In this document: piece by piece, positions 27,239 to 41,445 of the stretch
Position numbering within the stretch: position 1 is the first letter of the stretch
Layout: every line of letters starts with the position of its first letter
From: Styela clava
Taxonomy: Eukaryota
Assembly: GCF_964204865.1 (NCBI RefSeq)
Contig: NC_135262.1
Span: 17,918,001 to 17,982,000 of the forward strand
Reading direction: 5' to 3'
DNA: 64,000 nucleotides
Notes under the pieces: model-generated
What the model saw: the letters and a program-made list of their open reading frames with translations, nothing else
Told to the model about the DNA's origin: nothing
Database searches by the model: none
Program-made: the position numbers and the translations under genes

Positions 27239-29610
27239 ATATATATCATGATTAACAGATTCCGCTCTTTAGCGGAGTGATATTACCTTTTTCGTTCGTT
27301 TTACTTTTTAGCAAAATATTTCTGTCATATTTGACAATATCTTGCTATATATAGCTTTCTTCATTCACTGCATGTGTATTCCATGTCAATGCGCTACCAA
27401 ATGCAATTTACCAAATACGTTACTTTCAACGATGTAATCATTTTGAAACACAGAATAAAATAGTCCCAAATAAAATTTTGAGATGGACTAATCAGGGACA
27501 ACAGCAATATGTATATGCCTGCTAATTCCAAACTGACCGATAAAGGTACACAAGAGAGCAGTGCTTGAATATTTGAACAAAGGAGGCCAAACGTCATATA
27601 AAAGTGCTTCCATATCTCATAAAAATTGTTCCATCCCCATATATTTCGAAGGAATTTTGAAAAAACTAACCGCCACTCTCCGGTGATTCCTATCGTTATG
27701 TATACTCGACTATGCAAATAAAAGATATTTTCTCAACAACAACCAACCATTTATCTGAACGATCTATATATACATTTCGTGCCAATTTTTATATAAAGAT
27801 ATTTATCATATAATCACATCATATAAGGAAATATTTGTTTCGCGCGATTTATTGACTTATCATCCGCCTTTATACGAGAAACCTTCAATTTCTAAGATAA
27901 TATTACATCAAAGCATAGGCCTATTGCACGCATCCGCAGCGCTATCGACTACAGAATGCAACGTGCATTTGAATTGAAACTAAAAGCAAATACTAAAAAC
28001 TTCATGACCTAATCAATAAATCACGAGGTTCGTGACATTACTAGTATATAATTTCAAAAATTTTGCTTGCCAAAGAGTTGTTGTTCTGAACCTCCAACGT
28101 AAATATTTCATAACTGAACTGGATATTGTGTCTAGATTGTAAGATGAAAGTACGAATACAACCTGCCTGAGGCCACCGTTTCGTCCAGTCAGATTCGCTA
28201 ATAAGAAATAATAGCTCGCATTCTCGTGACATTTGAAACTCAAATGCATCGATATTCTGGCTTGGTGCTCGAGTTTTGCACACAAATCGATCACCAAATT
28301 AGTACGACACTTGCATATAAAGTCAGGAGTAGCTAAGTGAACAATTTTGCCCTTGTTTTGCCTGACATCGTGCAGTTAATTGCAGGAAGCGACAATGCTT
28401 GCCATGATTCAGAGTCGTACACATATTCTTAATTACAAAATTTACTGATTGCTTCCTTTAATTGTTTACATCCAATGTTTGATTTATCGCAACAGACATA
28501 ACATGATTAGCACAAAATTCCAGTTGTTTTCGCTCCAAATGGGTCTGAAAGTAAGTGTCCGCGTAATTACTTTTTGCCAAACCTAATGATTTTTAATTGT
28601 TAAAAATTTCGGGTTCAAAAATTTGTTATAGTGTTACCGTGACAGTGAAATTTAAATCTACGTACTAACTGTCATAGGTACTAGTATTAGTGTATTTAGA
28701 AATATATGGTCCTGAATAGAATGCGTGACGGCGTTAACCTCTTGAGCACTGAGTTCATCAAGCATTCTTAACTGTTCCTGAAAAAAGAGGCTCGCACACG
28801 CCAGCATTTTTGTTATCAAAATTTAATTTTCTAAAAATTCCCCGAAGATGGAGTCTGTGTCAGAGTTGATAGTAAATTTTTCCCGACTCCAAAGCCATTT
28901 GAGCTCATTGGCGGACTCTAACATTTCGAAACTTTGTACATGAAATATACAACGTATCCCAATTTATTTTAAAACGAAGTTCTTGATTTGTCTTTCTGTC
29001 TGTTGGAGCCAATGATGACTTATATGCCGGTGCATATGATTAGTCATAATTCATATAATAAACTACAACTACACTAGCAACAAAATATCTACCACCAACT
29101 AAATTTGGGACCACCCCTCCTGAAATGAGAAGCTGGGAAACATACTGGCTGGAACCTCGTGTAAAATCTTCTTGCCGCGGTGCTCATCAAATAGCAGTAG
29201 ACCAGAGGTTACTAATTTGAAGACCTGATATTAATAACTCCTTGAGAAGCCACATATAGGCTATAAAGCAAATACATATGTCTCCACACATGAGCGAATT
29301 TATAAATTGTTCAATTGATAACAATGAACAGATGGTATAGAAAATCTACAACATTATGGGGTAATGTTTCTTCTCTGAGTACTGCAATGGAAGAAATTAA
29401 ATGAATGCTAATAAAATTGAAACGAAAAGTGGACGCTCAGAATATAAACAAAAATTGATGTGATGAGTGTTTAAATTGTACAAATCACTGATACGTCATT
29501 TATTTCATTCAAATCGCTTATCTTGGTTACATTTTCTCGTTATTTATTTAAACACAAAATTAGAATTTTAAAGTTCTTCACGTAAAAGACGTTATATCGC
29601 AGGTCGTGTT

Positions 29611-31273
29611 TTAATTTTTGTTGTCTACACATCCTGAAAAATACAAAGGGACTTCGTTCCAGTCATTCTTCAATTCGATGAGTTTGTTGAAAATCTTAAG
29701 AATTGTTCTTGCATCAGGGGGCATCGTACGGCTTGAAATCCAGAAAATTTTCTTTCCTGAAAGTAAAATATATTTTTAAGAAATAGCAGAAATATTCTTT
29801 TGACCTATTTAATTCTATTCCGGAGTGAGTAAACTAATGGACGTAGGGGGAGTATTTGAAAAACACAATATGCACAGAATAAATACATTCGACGTTATCA
29901 CGTTTGAAACGTTGCCTGATAAATATTGGACGCACAATCGTTTCTGTACGTCTTGGGCTTTCCGAGAGTATTTGAAGTAATTATATTGAATATTGAATGC
30001 TTTTGGTACTATATGAAATAAAAGAATTACCTTTTCTAGTGCATACCAAATACATTGCGTAGTTGTCGTAGTCAGTGAAATAACGATACTCGTCATTGAA
30101 AACTTCCATGCTTTCTAAAAAACGAATTTGACTTGAAAGAATTTGTTAAAGCACTTAGAGTGCGATTGCACAACGCTTACCTTCCAGTAACGCGTGACTC
30201 GGTGCAACACTTGGTTTGATTTCGTTTATCAAGTAGTCCATCCATTTTCCAACTGAAAAAAACATATGTTTATTTATATATATATATATACTAATCAAGT
30301 TCAGTTTTTCTATACAAACATTTGAAATACGTTTTCTTGAAACACCTAGTATAATAGTTTTAGTGAATCTGACTAAAATAGGTAATTTTGTTTCGAAGTT
30401 TTAATTTTTCGTTTATGTTCTCTTTCACTTGTAGATTTCTAACAGTCGTGAAGCAACCTTTCAATCCATATCACAATGTTTGACTGGTTTGGAATAGCTG
30501 TCAACTCGTTGTTAGATGCTAAACATCGCCTTGCTTTGATTAAAAATCTCTAGATCAGATTTACTCACCATGCTCTTGATTCCAAATGAACCCACCAGAA
30601 TTTTGTTTTATGGAATCAATGGTGACATTTGTGTTCCTATAAGAGAACAGTTTTCATTGTACATTGTACATATATCAATGACATTTAACTCATAAAAGCA
30701 TCCAAAACTCAATGACACACCTTCCCGCGTCTTTGAAAATATAAGAGATTCCATTGCTTGTAGGTCGAATATCTTGAATTTGGTAACATGGCACAACTCT
30801 GTCCGAAGGAGTTCTAACATTCAAAATTCCGTACCACACTCCAGTCATCTTCGAAAAATACACAAAATAGGATATACAATTGAAAATAAATATATAAATA
30901 TCTACATATACATGTAGAGTTATTATTCCTAGTCAAAAACACAAATGTAATTTTTGCTGTTTCATATCAACGTTTTATAGTATTTATCCTATGGTTGGAA
31001 TAATTGGTAATAGCGCCTTTAGAATACATTCCTTTGTGATGACTATACTTGATATGTATTATTAATGAGAAGATAATATAGAAATTTTCTGATATAAACC
31101 ATAACGATATACCGATATTGTAAGGAGATGTGTCCTACCTTGCTCCAGTCAATATCTTGTTGCGCAGGAGGTAGTTCGCATTCATTGCCGTCTCCCTCGC
31201 CCTCTGCCGTTACATGTGGGACACAAACAGGTACAACAAACCACAAAATAATGGTATAAGAGAATATTTTCAT
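29611..31273 (-). CDS. Secreted lipocalin-like protein, copy A (210 aa). Exons 31139-31273, 30721-30848, 30569-30636, 30181-30252, 30031-30114, 29611-29756
   Basis: Signal peptide; SCR1 IDWSKMTGVWY, SCR2 FTDYDNY, SCR3 WISSR; four mature Cys in ApoD-like spacing; GT-AG introns with phases 0,2,1,1,1. Confidence 0.85.
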
Positions 31274-32239
31274 GGTGTCAGTTCATGGAAATGTCGCGCT
31301 TAAAATGAGAAGCTTGTGGATTAGTACCCGTTATTATTGGTTCTACACAGTAACAACCTTTAACCCAATTATTGGCAATACTCGAGGGCAGGAAGGAAAT
31401 GCGAAATATTCGGATATGAACATTCCTACTTTAAACCCTTGGATTTATTGTACTGCACTGCATTTCCAGCCACAAATGTAATGTAAATATGGAATGATTA
31501 ATGTGTACAAATCAATAAAATTACCTAGAGCTCTACAGTTCTGATGAATTATTGTTTTATATGTGTTTCATAAGCAAAGCAGCTAAAGTGCGATTGCACA
31601 GCACGTACCGTCCAGTAGCTCGTGACTTGATGCAACGCTTGGTATGAAGTTTACTGAAACCTTTTTTTGTCGTAGGATGGAGGTATCTATTTGAGTAACA
31701 AAAGATTTTGTCGACTGATATCATATACCCCGGGATACAAAAGTTAATATACTGGCAGTGAAGTGCTGCCCGAAAAGAAATAGGCTAACAGAGTTTTTTT
31801 AATATTCTGTTTATTTCAAATGCTACAAATCTTATATCAGTATACCCATTGTCTTGCGCTGTTACACTAATGGTCTCGAGGTGGTAAAGTTAGCTGAATT
31901 AAGTCGTGAGTTACACTTTTCTGAAAATGCATTTGTGACATTTCATTGAATCTTGGAAGATGCGCTATCTATCATTACATCAGCGCAATAAAAGTTATCT
32001 TGTGCAAATTTCCACAATGTGTATGCTGAAGGATGCAATGATCCAAAACCCTCGAACGCTTAACTCGAATAGAAACATCTGAAAAGCTCATGTATGATCT
32101 TGGTAGAATCAACAAAGTATTTCAATATTTGGTAGAATGCAAGATAAAGGCCGTCGCAATTCCTAGGCATTTTTAATTTCTTGCATTTATTGATTTTCCA
32201 TTTAGCATTGTTGAAAAACTCTTTGCCAATATAGCTAGT

Positions 32240-32465
32240 CTAGTTTAGAATTAAAACAATACCCAAATACCTGAAATACGACTCCTCAAATTTCTGTTTG
32301 TCGTTTCTGTTTGTTAGCAAGAGCCGTGGGGTAATTCTTGTGGAATTCAAGGAATTGGAAATTGGAATCACTTAAAATAAATTTAAAAATGAAATCTCTT
32401 CGCGGCACACCAAAATCTTTTCACGGCACACTAGTGTGTCGCGGTACCCTGGTTGGGAACCACTG
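32240..32465. mobile_element. hAT MITE right-end fragment
   Basis: Ends CGCGGCACAC...GGTTGGGAACCACTG; absent from the paralogous flank at ~35925. Confidence 0.55.
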
Positions 32466-32859
32466 AGCTAGAAGAACTATGTAGGCTGAGTTTTGATGAA
32501 TATTGAAACGCGAAGCCGAAGCTATCCGAATCACCCTCTTTATACACTCTCAACATGCGTCGATCATTTAAATGCTGAATTTGGAATTTCAGGATTGGAA
32601 TTTCACTCAATAATGCAGAGATTTTTTGTCATAATAAGCTGAAAATTGTACACATTTCGCGTGTCTCACTAATCTCACTTTGCATTCCGGCATATAACCA
32701 AACTTTCTCTTATGATCAACACATGAGTTAAAATAACAATTGTGTTTTTACATAAATGGCAGATGCAAGACTATCACATTTACAGTCACGTAAACAATTT
32801 TCCTCCATTTTTATCGTCAATATATTTCCCAACGGCATATTTTGATATCCGCATATAGA

Positions 32860-33005
32860 TTACACGCGCGGACATTTGCACACGTGGCATTTGCACCCAT
32901 TGAAATTTGTGCCAACAGATATTTGCAGTCAGGGAATTTGCACTCATCAACATTAGCAACCATGGGTGTTTGCATGTATGGATCGATTTATTTGGATTCC
33001 CGGCC
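32860..33005. mobile_element. MULE/foldback-like subterminal 15-bp tandem repeats
   Basis: ATTTGCAC-containing motif recurs about every 15 bp. Confidence 0.45.
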
Positions 33006-33292
33006 GTCAACTAGTTGTGTTCCTAACAAGATCATAACTTCAAAGAATATTTCTTCTAAATTGCTTTTAAATTCGTTTCGTACATATTTTCTGTACACAT
33101 ACCGAGGCAAATGCATCAAGTAATATGGATTGAATTGACAAATTGGGACTTCGTGAGGCACAAGTATCCAAATACAAATAAATGATTTCATTCACGTTCC
33201 ATATCTTGATTTCATTTTCCCATTATTTATTAAACACAAAATTAGAATTAGGATATTCTTCAAATAAAATATGGTATATCGCAGGTCGTGTT

Positions 33293-35063
33293 TTAATTTT
33301 TGTTGTCTACACATCCCGAAAAATACAAAGGAACTTCGTTCCAGCCATTCTTCAATTTGATGAGTTGATTGAAAATCTCAAGAATTGCTCTTGCATCAGG
33401 ACGCTTCATGCGGCTTGAAATCCAAAACATTTTCTTGCCTTAAAATAGAATATATATATTTTTCCGAAAAGGCCGAAATATTCCTGATGAGAAAACTAAT
33501 GGATTCGTGATCGATATTCAGAAAATAGAGTACAGAACAAATACTTAATACTTTCTCTGAAGTAAATCAGACGTACAATCGGTTTTGTACGTCTCGGCCT
33601 TCCCGAAATTATTTGAAGTAATTAAAGTGAATACAGTATAATTTTGCCTTTCGAGCAAATAAATTTCATCAGTGGTAATATAAGCGAAAACTGAGGTAAG
33701 GTTATCTCATGAAATAACTACCTTTTTTAGTGCATACCAAATACATTGTGTAGTTGTCGTAGTCAGTGAAGTAACGATACTCATCAGTGGACAGCTCCAT
33801 GCTTTCTAAAATCGAAATTTGACTTTTATTATCCGATAAATGATTTTGTTAAAGCACCTAAGGAGCGATTGCATAATTCTTACCTTCCAGTAGCTCTTGA
33901 CTTGGTGCAACACTTGGCTTGACTTCGTTTCTCAAGTATTTCATCCATTTTTCAACTACACAAAACATATGTATATATATAGATATATATAAATAGGCTT
34001 ATATACTCTATTTTATCAAGTTTAGTTTTCTTTAACAAACAATGGAAATCCATTATAAGTTTCTCAAAACACCCAGTGGGAAGGTATTTAGTAATAATGT
34101 CGAAATTTCAATGTCGTTTTTGTTCTTTTTATAATATGCATTTTATCAGTCGCGAATGAACCTTACCCATCTTTCAAACCTTATCACAAGGTTTGACTGG
34201 TTTGGTCTGGTTGACAAGTCGTTGCTAGATGCTAAATATTGTCTGCTATTGATTGAAAATCTCTAGATCAGATTCACTCACCATGCTCTTGATTCCAAAT
34301 GAACCCACCAGAATTTTGTTTTATTGCATCAATGGTGACATTTGTGTTTCTATAAGAAAACAGTTTGCATTGTACATTTACCAATATATCAATGACATTT
34401 ATCTCATGAAAGCACCCAAAACTCAATGACACACCTGTCAACGTCTTTGAAAATAGAGGTGATTCCATTGCTTATAGGTCGAATATCTTGAATTTGGTAA
34501 CATGGCACAACTCTGTCCGAAGGAGTTCTAACATTCAAAATTCCGTACCACACTCCAGTCATCTTCGAAAAATACCAAAATAGGTTATACAGATGAAAAT
34601 AGAAAAATCGACTTACCCATTTCGTGTATATGTAGAGTTATTATTCCTGGCCAAAAACATAAATTTAGCTTTTGCTGTTTCATATTAACGTTTTATAGTA
34701 TTTACCGTATGGTTGGAACTTCCGTAGAACGTTTAACATAATTGTTAATAGCGCCTTTGGAATACATTTTTTTGTGATGACTATACTTGACTGGTAAAGA
34801 AGAAAACAAAGAAAAATTTGTCATTCAATGCATTATAAAATCTCCTTCTATTATTGAGAGGATAATATAGAAATTTCCTGGTATAAACCAATAACGATAT
34901 ACCGATATTGTCAGGAGATGTGTCCTACCTTGCTCCAGTCAATATTTTGTTGCGCGGGAGGTAGCTCGCATTCATCGTCGTCTTCGTCGCCATCTGCCGT
35001 TACATGTGTGGCACAAGCAATTGCAACAAACCATAAAATAATGGTATGAGAGAATGTTTTCAT
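33293..35063 (-). CDS. Secreted lipocalin-like protein, copy B (210 aa). Exons 34929-35063, 34435-34562, 34282-34349, 33884-33955, 33722-33805, 33293-33438
   Basis: Tandem paralogue with identical exon lengths, intact frame and the same SCR motifs; TATAATAA about 60 nt upstream of the ATG. Confidence 0.85.
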
Positions 35064-38000
35064 AGTGTCAGTTTATGGAAATGTCGCGCTTATACTGAGC
35101 AACTTGTGGATTAGTACCCCTTATTATAGGTTCTACACAGTAACAACCTTTGGATTTAAACCAATTATTGGCAATACTTGAGGACAGGGAGGAAATGAAA
35201 AATATACGGATATGAACATTCCTACTTTGAACCCTCTGATTTGTTAAATTGCACTGCATTTCTAGACACATTTAGCCACAGATGTAATGTAAATATGAAA
35301 TGAATATTATGTACAAATCAATAAAATTACCTAGAGCTTATGAATTATTGATTTATTTGTGATCCATAAGGAAGTAGCTTTAGTGCGATTGCACAATAAG
35401 TACCTTCCAGTAACTCGTGACTTGGTGCAACACTTGGTATGCCGTTTACTGAAACAATTTTCGTCATAGGATAGTCCTATCTAATTGTGTAGTAAAACAT
35501 TTTGTCGACTGATATCAAATAATCCAAGATGAAAAAATTAATATACTGGCAGTGAAGTGCTGCCCGAAACCAAATAACCAAATAATTTCAATCTTCTGTT
35601 TATTTCAATTGTTAAAAATCTTTTATTAGTACTTTTCTGAAAAGGCATTTGTGACATTTCATTAAATCTTGGAAGATGTGCTTTCTATCATAATATGTCT
35701 ATGCTGAAGGATGTAATGATGCAACCCTTCAAACGCTTCAAGTTCATATTGACTTGAATAGAAACATCTGAAAAGCTCATGTATAATCTTGGTTGGATCA
35801 ACACAGTATTTTAATATTTGATAGAATGCAGAATAAAGACTGTGGCATTTCCTCGTCATTTTCAAGCTCTTGCATTTAATTGATTTTAGATTTACCATTG
35901 TTGAAAAAACATCTCGCCATATACGTAGAAGAACTATTTATTAACACTTTTATGCTCGGTTAAGATGAATTTTGAAACGCTAAGCCGAAGCTATCCAAAT
36001 CACCCTCTTTATACACCCTTAACATGCGTCGATCTCTTAAAAGCTAAATTTGAATTTCGGGTAGTACCCGTTATTATAGGTTCAACATTGCAGCAACCTT
36101 TGGATTTATATCAATTATTTGCCATACTTGAGTATAGGGAGGAAATGATAAATATTCGGATATTAACCTTCCTACTTCGAACCCTTGGATTTGTCAAATC
36201 ATACTGCTTTTACAGACATATTCAGATCTGAAACACAGATGTCAATAATGTAAATAAGGAATGGTGAATTTGCGCAATTCCAAATAATTTTGGTCTTGAT
36301 CAACTCTACTCTTCACAAAAAGTAATGCTTGACTGCAGTCACATTTGAATGCTGGTATTATCATTACGGAAGTAAGTTTCAGAATTTCGAATCGAAGCGA
36401 TTCGAATCAACATCGATTCGAAGCAATTTAGGAAAAAGGGCTTGATTCCATTTAAAAAAAATTCCTCAAGGCAACTGCACGACACACCGGCGCTAACGTT
36501 ATATCGACCAAAAGCGTTTATTATCCTTGCGTTTACAGCTTTCCAAAGCCGTGACACTCCCAGGGTCGTTATATTTCATATTGGTAGCAGCTTTCGAGGG
36601 ACCAATGGATTCGCTCCATTTTGTTCGACTACTTAAAATGTTACAAAGTTTCACAAATATTTTGAACGTGTCTTCAAATTATCTACATAATATTATTATA
36701 ATAAAACATCATTGCCCCATACCTTATTAAAAACATGTCTGCGATGCTTGCCTCGTTATCATTGCTTCTTTTTAAATCATGGCGCATACGGTACTATAAC
36801 TAGCGATTATAATTTGGATGAATTTTGAAGGTCAATTTTAGAAGAAACAATCGCTATAAACCCGTATCATTTGCAAACATAATTGTATGTAAGTAAATAT
36901 GTAACTGAGTATACTTTTATGTAACAAAAAATAAATTTTAGCCGTAATATATTTGGTAGTTGATATATCCATGCAGTGTGTTTTTCTGGTAACTTTCTTA
37001 ATTCTTCAAGCTCATTATTGTTATTTTATCAAAATTTATACTATTTTTCTTCCAAATTTGAGGAAAGTTAACGATAATATGATGATATACTAAATAGAAT
37101 CAGATTCGGAAATATTCGAATCGGAACATTGTGATTCGAAATTCTATTCGAAAAAAAAATATTCGAAACTTACATTCCTAATTATCATAAATTTCAATAG
37201 AAATATTTAGGTGTCTGGCCTTATTTGGTTAACTTTGAAAATCCACAAAATTGTGTGGTAACGGTTTAACTGTGAAATTTTATTCGTTAATTGCGAGATT
37301 CTGAGAAACTTGAGCTAAGTCTCTTATTATACTACCCACTCAAGGGGGGAATGCTGGTTTTGCGTTACCCCATCAACTGAGATCTGAAATGATGCAACAT
37401 CGTCACAGTTCTTTCACACAAAGCACAGCTATGTATAGTTTAGGCAAAATGTTGTTGTTTTGTGAATGTTTTTTCTGTCGGGAAATAGTACTCATAGATG
37501 GGAGAAGTCCCTGAAAGGCTATTATTTTTTTTACTATCCTTAGATTCCTACGTGATCTGAAATTTCACGCAAACACATTGCTATATTGCTGTAATGCCTG
37601 AGAACACGTCATGCTTGTCCGCCGATATACGTGCTCAGCTCTAAGACTTCAACGGTACCGATGCGCGAACTTTGTCTTTCCTTGTTTTCTAAAAGTGTCT
37701 CTCAGCACAACCTTCAGGTTAATTTGTTTCACTCCAAGAGTAAAAAAAACTACCATCACAGCATTGCATCAATTAGGGTTACTACTTACTACAACTCTGG
37801 CGTGATTTATTTGTGATTTAAATACAGTCATGATTGTCAGCATTATTTTCCTCTAACACGTAACACTGACGTACTGGGGAGTCAATGAAATTACAATAAA
37901 GTGTGTCGATCGCAACTGTTTTGTTTAATTTTCAATATATGAGCGATACGGTGGAGAAACCTATGGGTGTAAACATCCATGACAGAAAATCGCCCGTGGG

Positions 38001-38419
38001 TGCAAAAGCCCTTGTCTGGAGTTTTCCAAAAGTTCTAAAAGAAGCTTATTTATGTGAGAGGGTGAAAATATAATAAATAATAAAAACATGGATGACGAGC
38101 ATAAATCACAGTATAATGAATGCTGGAATCTTTATACTCGACTACTCTAAAGAAAGAAATCAGATTTATATATGTATATCCAAAATTTGCCTCTCACAAA
38201 AGCAACATCAATGCAGTCTGAAAAACAATCAATAAACTAATTGATAAAAATATAAAACTAAAGTTTGTCTTTCGATTGGACTCGAATGCAGTGGTACAGA
38301 AATTGAAAATAAATTTCACAAACACTTTTCCCGAGGGGCACAAAGTTTGCTTGACAAAATGCCACATCCAGTTAGATGTGACATCAAACACTTATCAAAT
38401 TTTTTGGAAGAAAATAATT

Positions 38420-38970
38420 CTCATCCATGTTTTAAGGCTAATTACATTATTAGGAATCGATGGTATTCCATTCAAAATTTTGAAATATGTTCCGGAACAT
38501 ATCATTGATATCCTGATATATATATACATATTCGACCTCTCACTATCTACTGGATTTCAATAGAGTAAAATTTCTTCCTATTTTCAAAAAGGGTAGTGTT
38601 TCAGAACTTGGAAACTATATCGTCGTATATATTTGTGTCATGAATTACGGAGTTTTTCGAGGATCTTTATCTAGCCCCTTATTCTTTCTAGCTCACATAA
38701 ACGACATGCCTATATGTCTGGACTCCTCTGAGTCTAGCATGTTTGCTGGTGACACTGATTTGATTTGGGTAAAACTTGGGAACAACTATCCACAGTTACA
38801 AACCAGGAACTATCTCTTAATGCCAACAAGACTATGTGTGTTGTACTATTACTTCCAAGCAAACTTAAAAATGTGAGTTATTTAAAACCTTTACTGCTCA
38901 ATGGCAAAGAAATCGAAAGAGTGAGTGGAATAAAATATTTAGGAGTAATCTTCGATGAAAATCTTCGGAA
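38420..38970 (+). mobile_element. Degenerate CR1/L2-group LINE reverse transcriptase fragment
   Basis: GIDGIPFKILK; YGVFRGSLSSPLFFLAHINDMP...MFAGDT (decayed GVPQGS..P.LF...INDLP...FADDT); LSLNANKT; IKYLGVIFDENL. Confidence 0.85.
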
Positions 38971-41445
38971 ATCTTGTATCAATCAATCGGCTGTAGGCAT
39001 ACTAGCAATGTTTCAATCATTATTACTCATGTTACTCAGCCTTGCTCCGCGGGAACAAAATACTCGTCTCAAAATTGCAAAGAATAAAAAAAAAATTATG
39101 AATTATTTTTGGGAGGAGAAGATGTGAAAGTGTGGACGATTACTTCAAATTGTTAAGTATACTTAAGGTTGAAGATATGATTGAGGTTTTGTCATGAGCC
39201 AGCATTTTCTGCGTTTTGCTGGACCCAAACTCTGAAATTATCTTTCTTTGAATTTGAAGAGGTTGAGGTCCAAAAAATCTTTTCAGGAACAAACTATTAA
39301 AAATTACCGTTTTTAACTACACTGATATATATTCTTTTTGCATGAAATTAGCTACAATGTGTTGGTGGTTTTGAATCAATTAAACCTCAAGAAAAATGAA
39401 TTTCTTGTTGATAACCCATGAACAAAAATTTGGGCACCTCCTCATTTGCACATTGTTATTTTCATGGAAATATTGAACAGTTATAATAATATTGTTTTTG
39501 TTCCTGCGACTATTAATTATGTACGTGTAAGTGTGTGTGTAAAATAATTTTGGGTGAGTGAGCACGTACCACTTATTTTTGACAAAACCTTCAATCTTGT
39601 ATTCCGTACGTTTTAAACGTTATTTACCGTTTTGCTTTTGCTCCTTCTTTCATAAACAGTTTTTATTTATTTGCTTTTATTAATTATTTTCAGTCTGTTA
39701 TGCGGATTTTGGAGTCGAACTCGAAATAAACTTCGATTATCTTTCAAATGAATTCAATTCGCACAAGATTGACAATATTCGAACAACAAATGATTGGAAA
39801 ATCAATGGACGTCTCAACGATTTTTCACCAGGTAATTGCGATAAGATTTCAAAGTATTCCTCTATTTAAAAGTAACTCGAAAAATGACTTGATGTCACCA
39901 CACTTTTTTATTTGCGACATGTTTTTATATTGGTCTCCTACTCAACTGTAAGTTTAAAGTCGTTCCCTCGAAAAATTGTATACATAAGCATACATAATTA
40001 GGAAAATTCGAACATGAAAGAGTCAAATCGAAGAATATTCTCACTTACCACAACTTTTTGTTACTACAGTACTCAAGGTTGCAATGGCAGCACTGACAGA
40101 CGCCATGGTACCGTATCCTGTAATACAATTACATCTTCAATAAATGCAGAAATGTGTGAGTTTGGTCAGATTTGCACAAATCATCGTGTGAGTGCTCGGG
40201 ACATCTTTCTAGTTTATTGTGTTTATAAAATCCTTCAGAAACTACACACGCAAAACGATTATGTAGCCAAATACTCAAGCATAGAGAAGCAGCAATGTGT
40301 AACAATATTCACCATACCACACACGGTTTGCTAGTTTATTGGAATTAGTGGTATTTGGTATTAGTATGTTGCTCGCGTTACAAAGCAGGAACACCTGAAG
40401 ACTGTAATCGTCTCACGGAGGTGTAGGAGTGCATGTGGAATGGCAATGGCTGAATGGGGAGAGATTGATATTGTGGATATATCAGTTATAATTTATATAG
40501 ACCTTTTATTTGATTTTATAGACCACTATTTTAAATAATATTTGTTTGAGGTATATATTTTAACATTAATGTCTAATCAGTCACGAATAGCCAATATCGA
40601 ATAATGCACTGTTTCGAATACATTCGAAATTATTATTTTCGAATAAACAATATCGAATATATTCGAAAATAAAAGAAGTAATAGAAGCTTTTCTTAGTGG
40701 ACGGAATTTGCATACGATAAATAATGGAATAACTGTTAACTGCAACCTTCCTATTTCCAAGACATTTTATGCCCACATATTGCTGTTATATTTTAAAGTA
40801 GTAACAGTTGTGTTTTTCTTATATGCGAAAATACGAATCAAAAGTTAATTACAATCGGGAAGTTCATCACACATTTTATGTCCACAGTTCGCTGTGGTAC
40901 TTTAGAGAAGTAATGCTTTTATTTTTTCGCAAATCGACGCAACCATGAGTTACGTTAAACAGAATAAAATTAATACAGCAAGGCATTTTAAATATTGGTA
41001 TCAGTCATGAATTTCAATGTTTTGCGCAACAGAAAAATCATTTAATTAAAAATCGATACTTTTACCTATTATTATTAAAAATTATTTGCCGAAACGCGGG
41101 AAAAAGTTTAATTATTTTTCCTATTGAATCAACTTGTTTTTTCCGACTTGTGACAATTTATCGGGTAGAAGATAACAAACAGAAAATAACAAACAATCAA
41201 AGTGCCGATTTTATTTCATCGTCATTACAATTCGTGATGAAGTGCAGAAAATCGACTCCCTCGAAAACGGAACGCTTTGCTGACTGCGAAAAGCGGCTAT
41301 TTTTCGGAATTATTCTAAAATTAGCCGAAGAAGTATTCGAATACTTTAATATTCAAATTTGATTCGATTTGGACAACCCTGCTAATCATTATAACATTGA
41401 AATTCCCATTTAATTTCCCACTTTAATTTTTACCACACTTCCACC

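Noticed and set aside
27394-28420. Minus-strand ORFs suggesting a decayed membrane-protein gene
   Set aside because: Multiple stops in the plausible frame and no family motif I can recognise.
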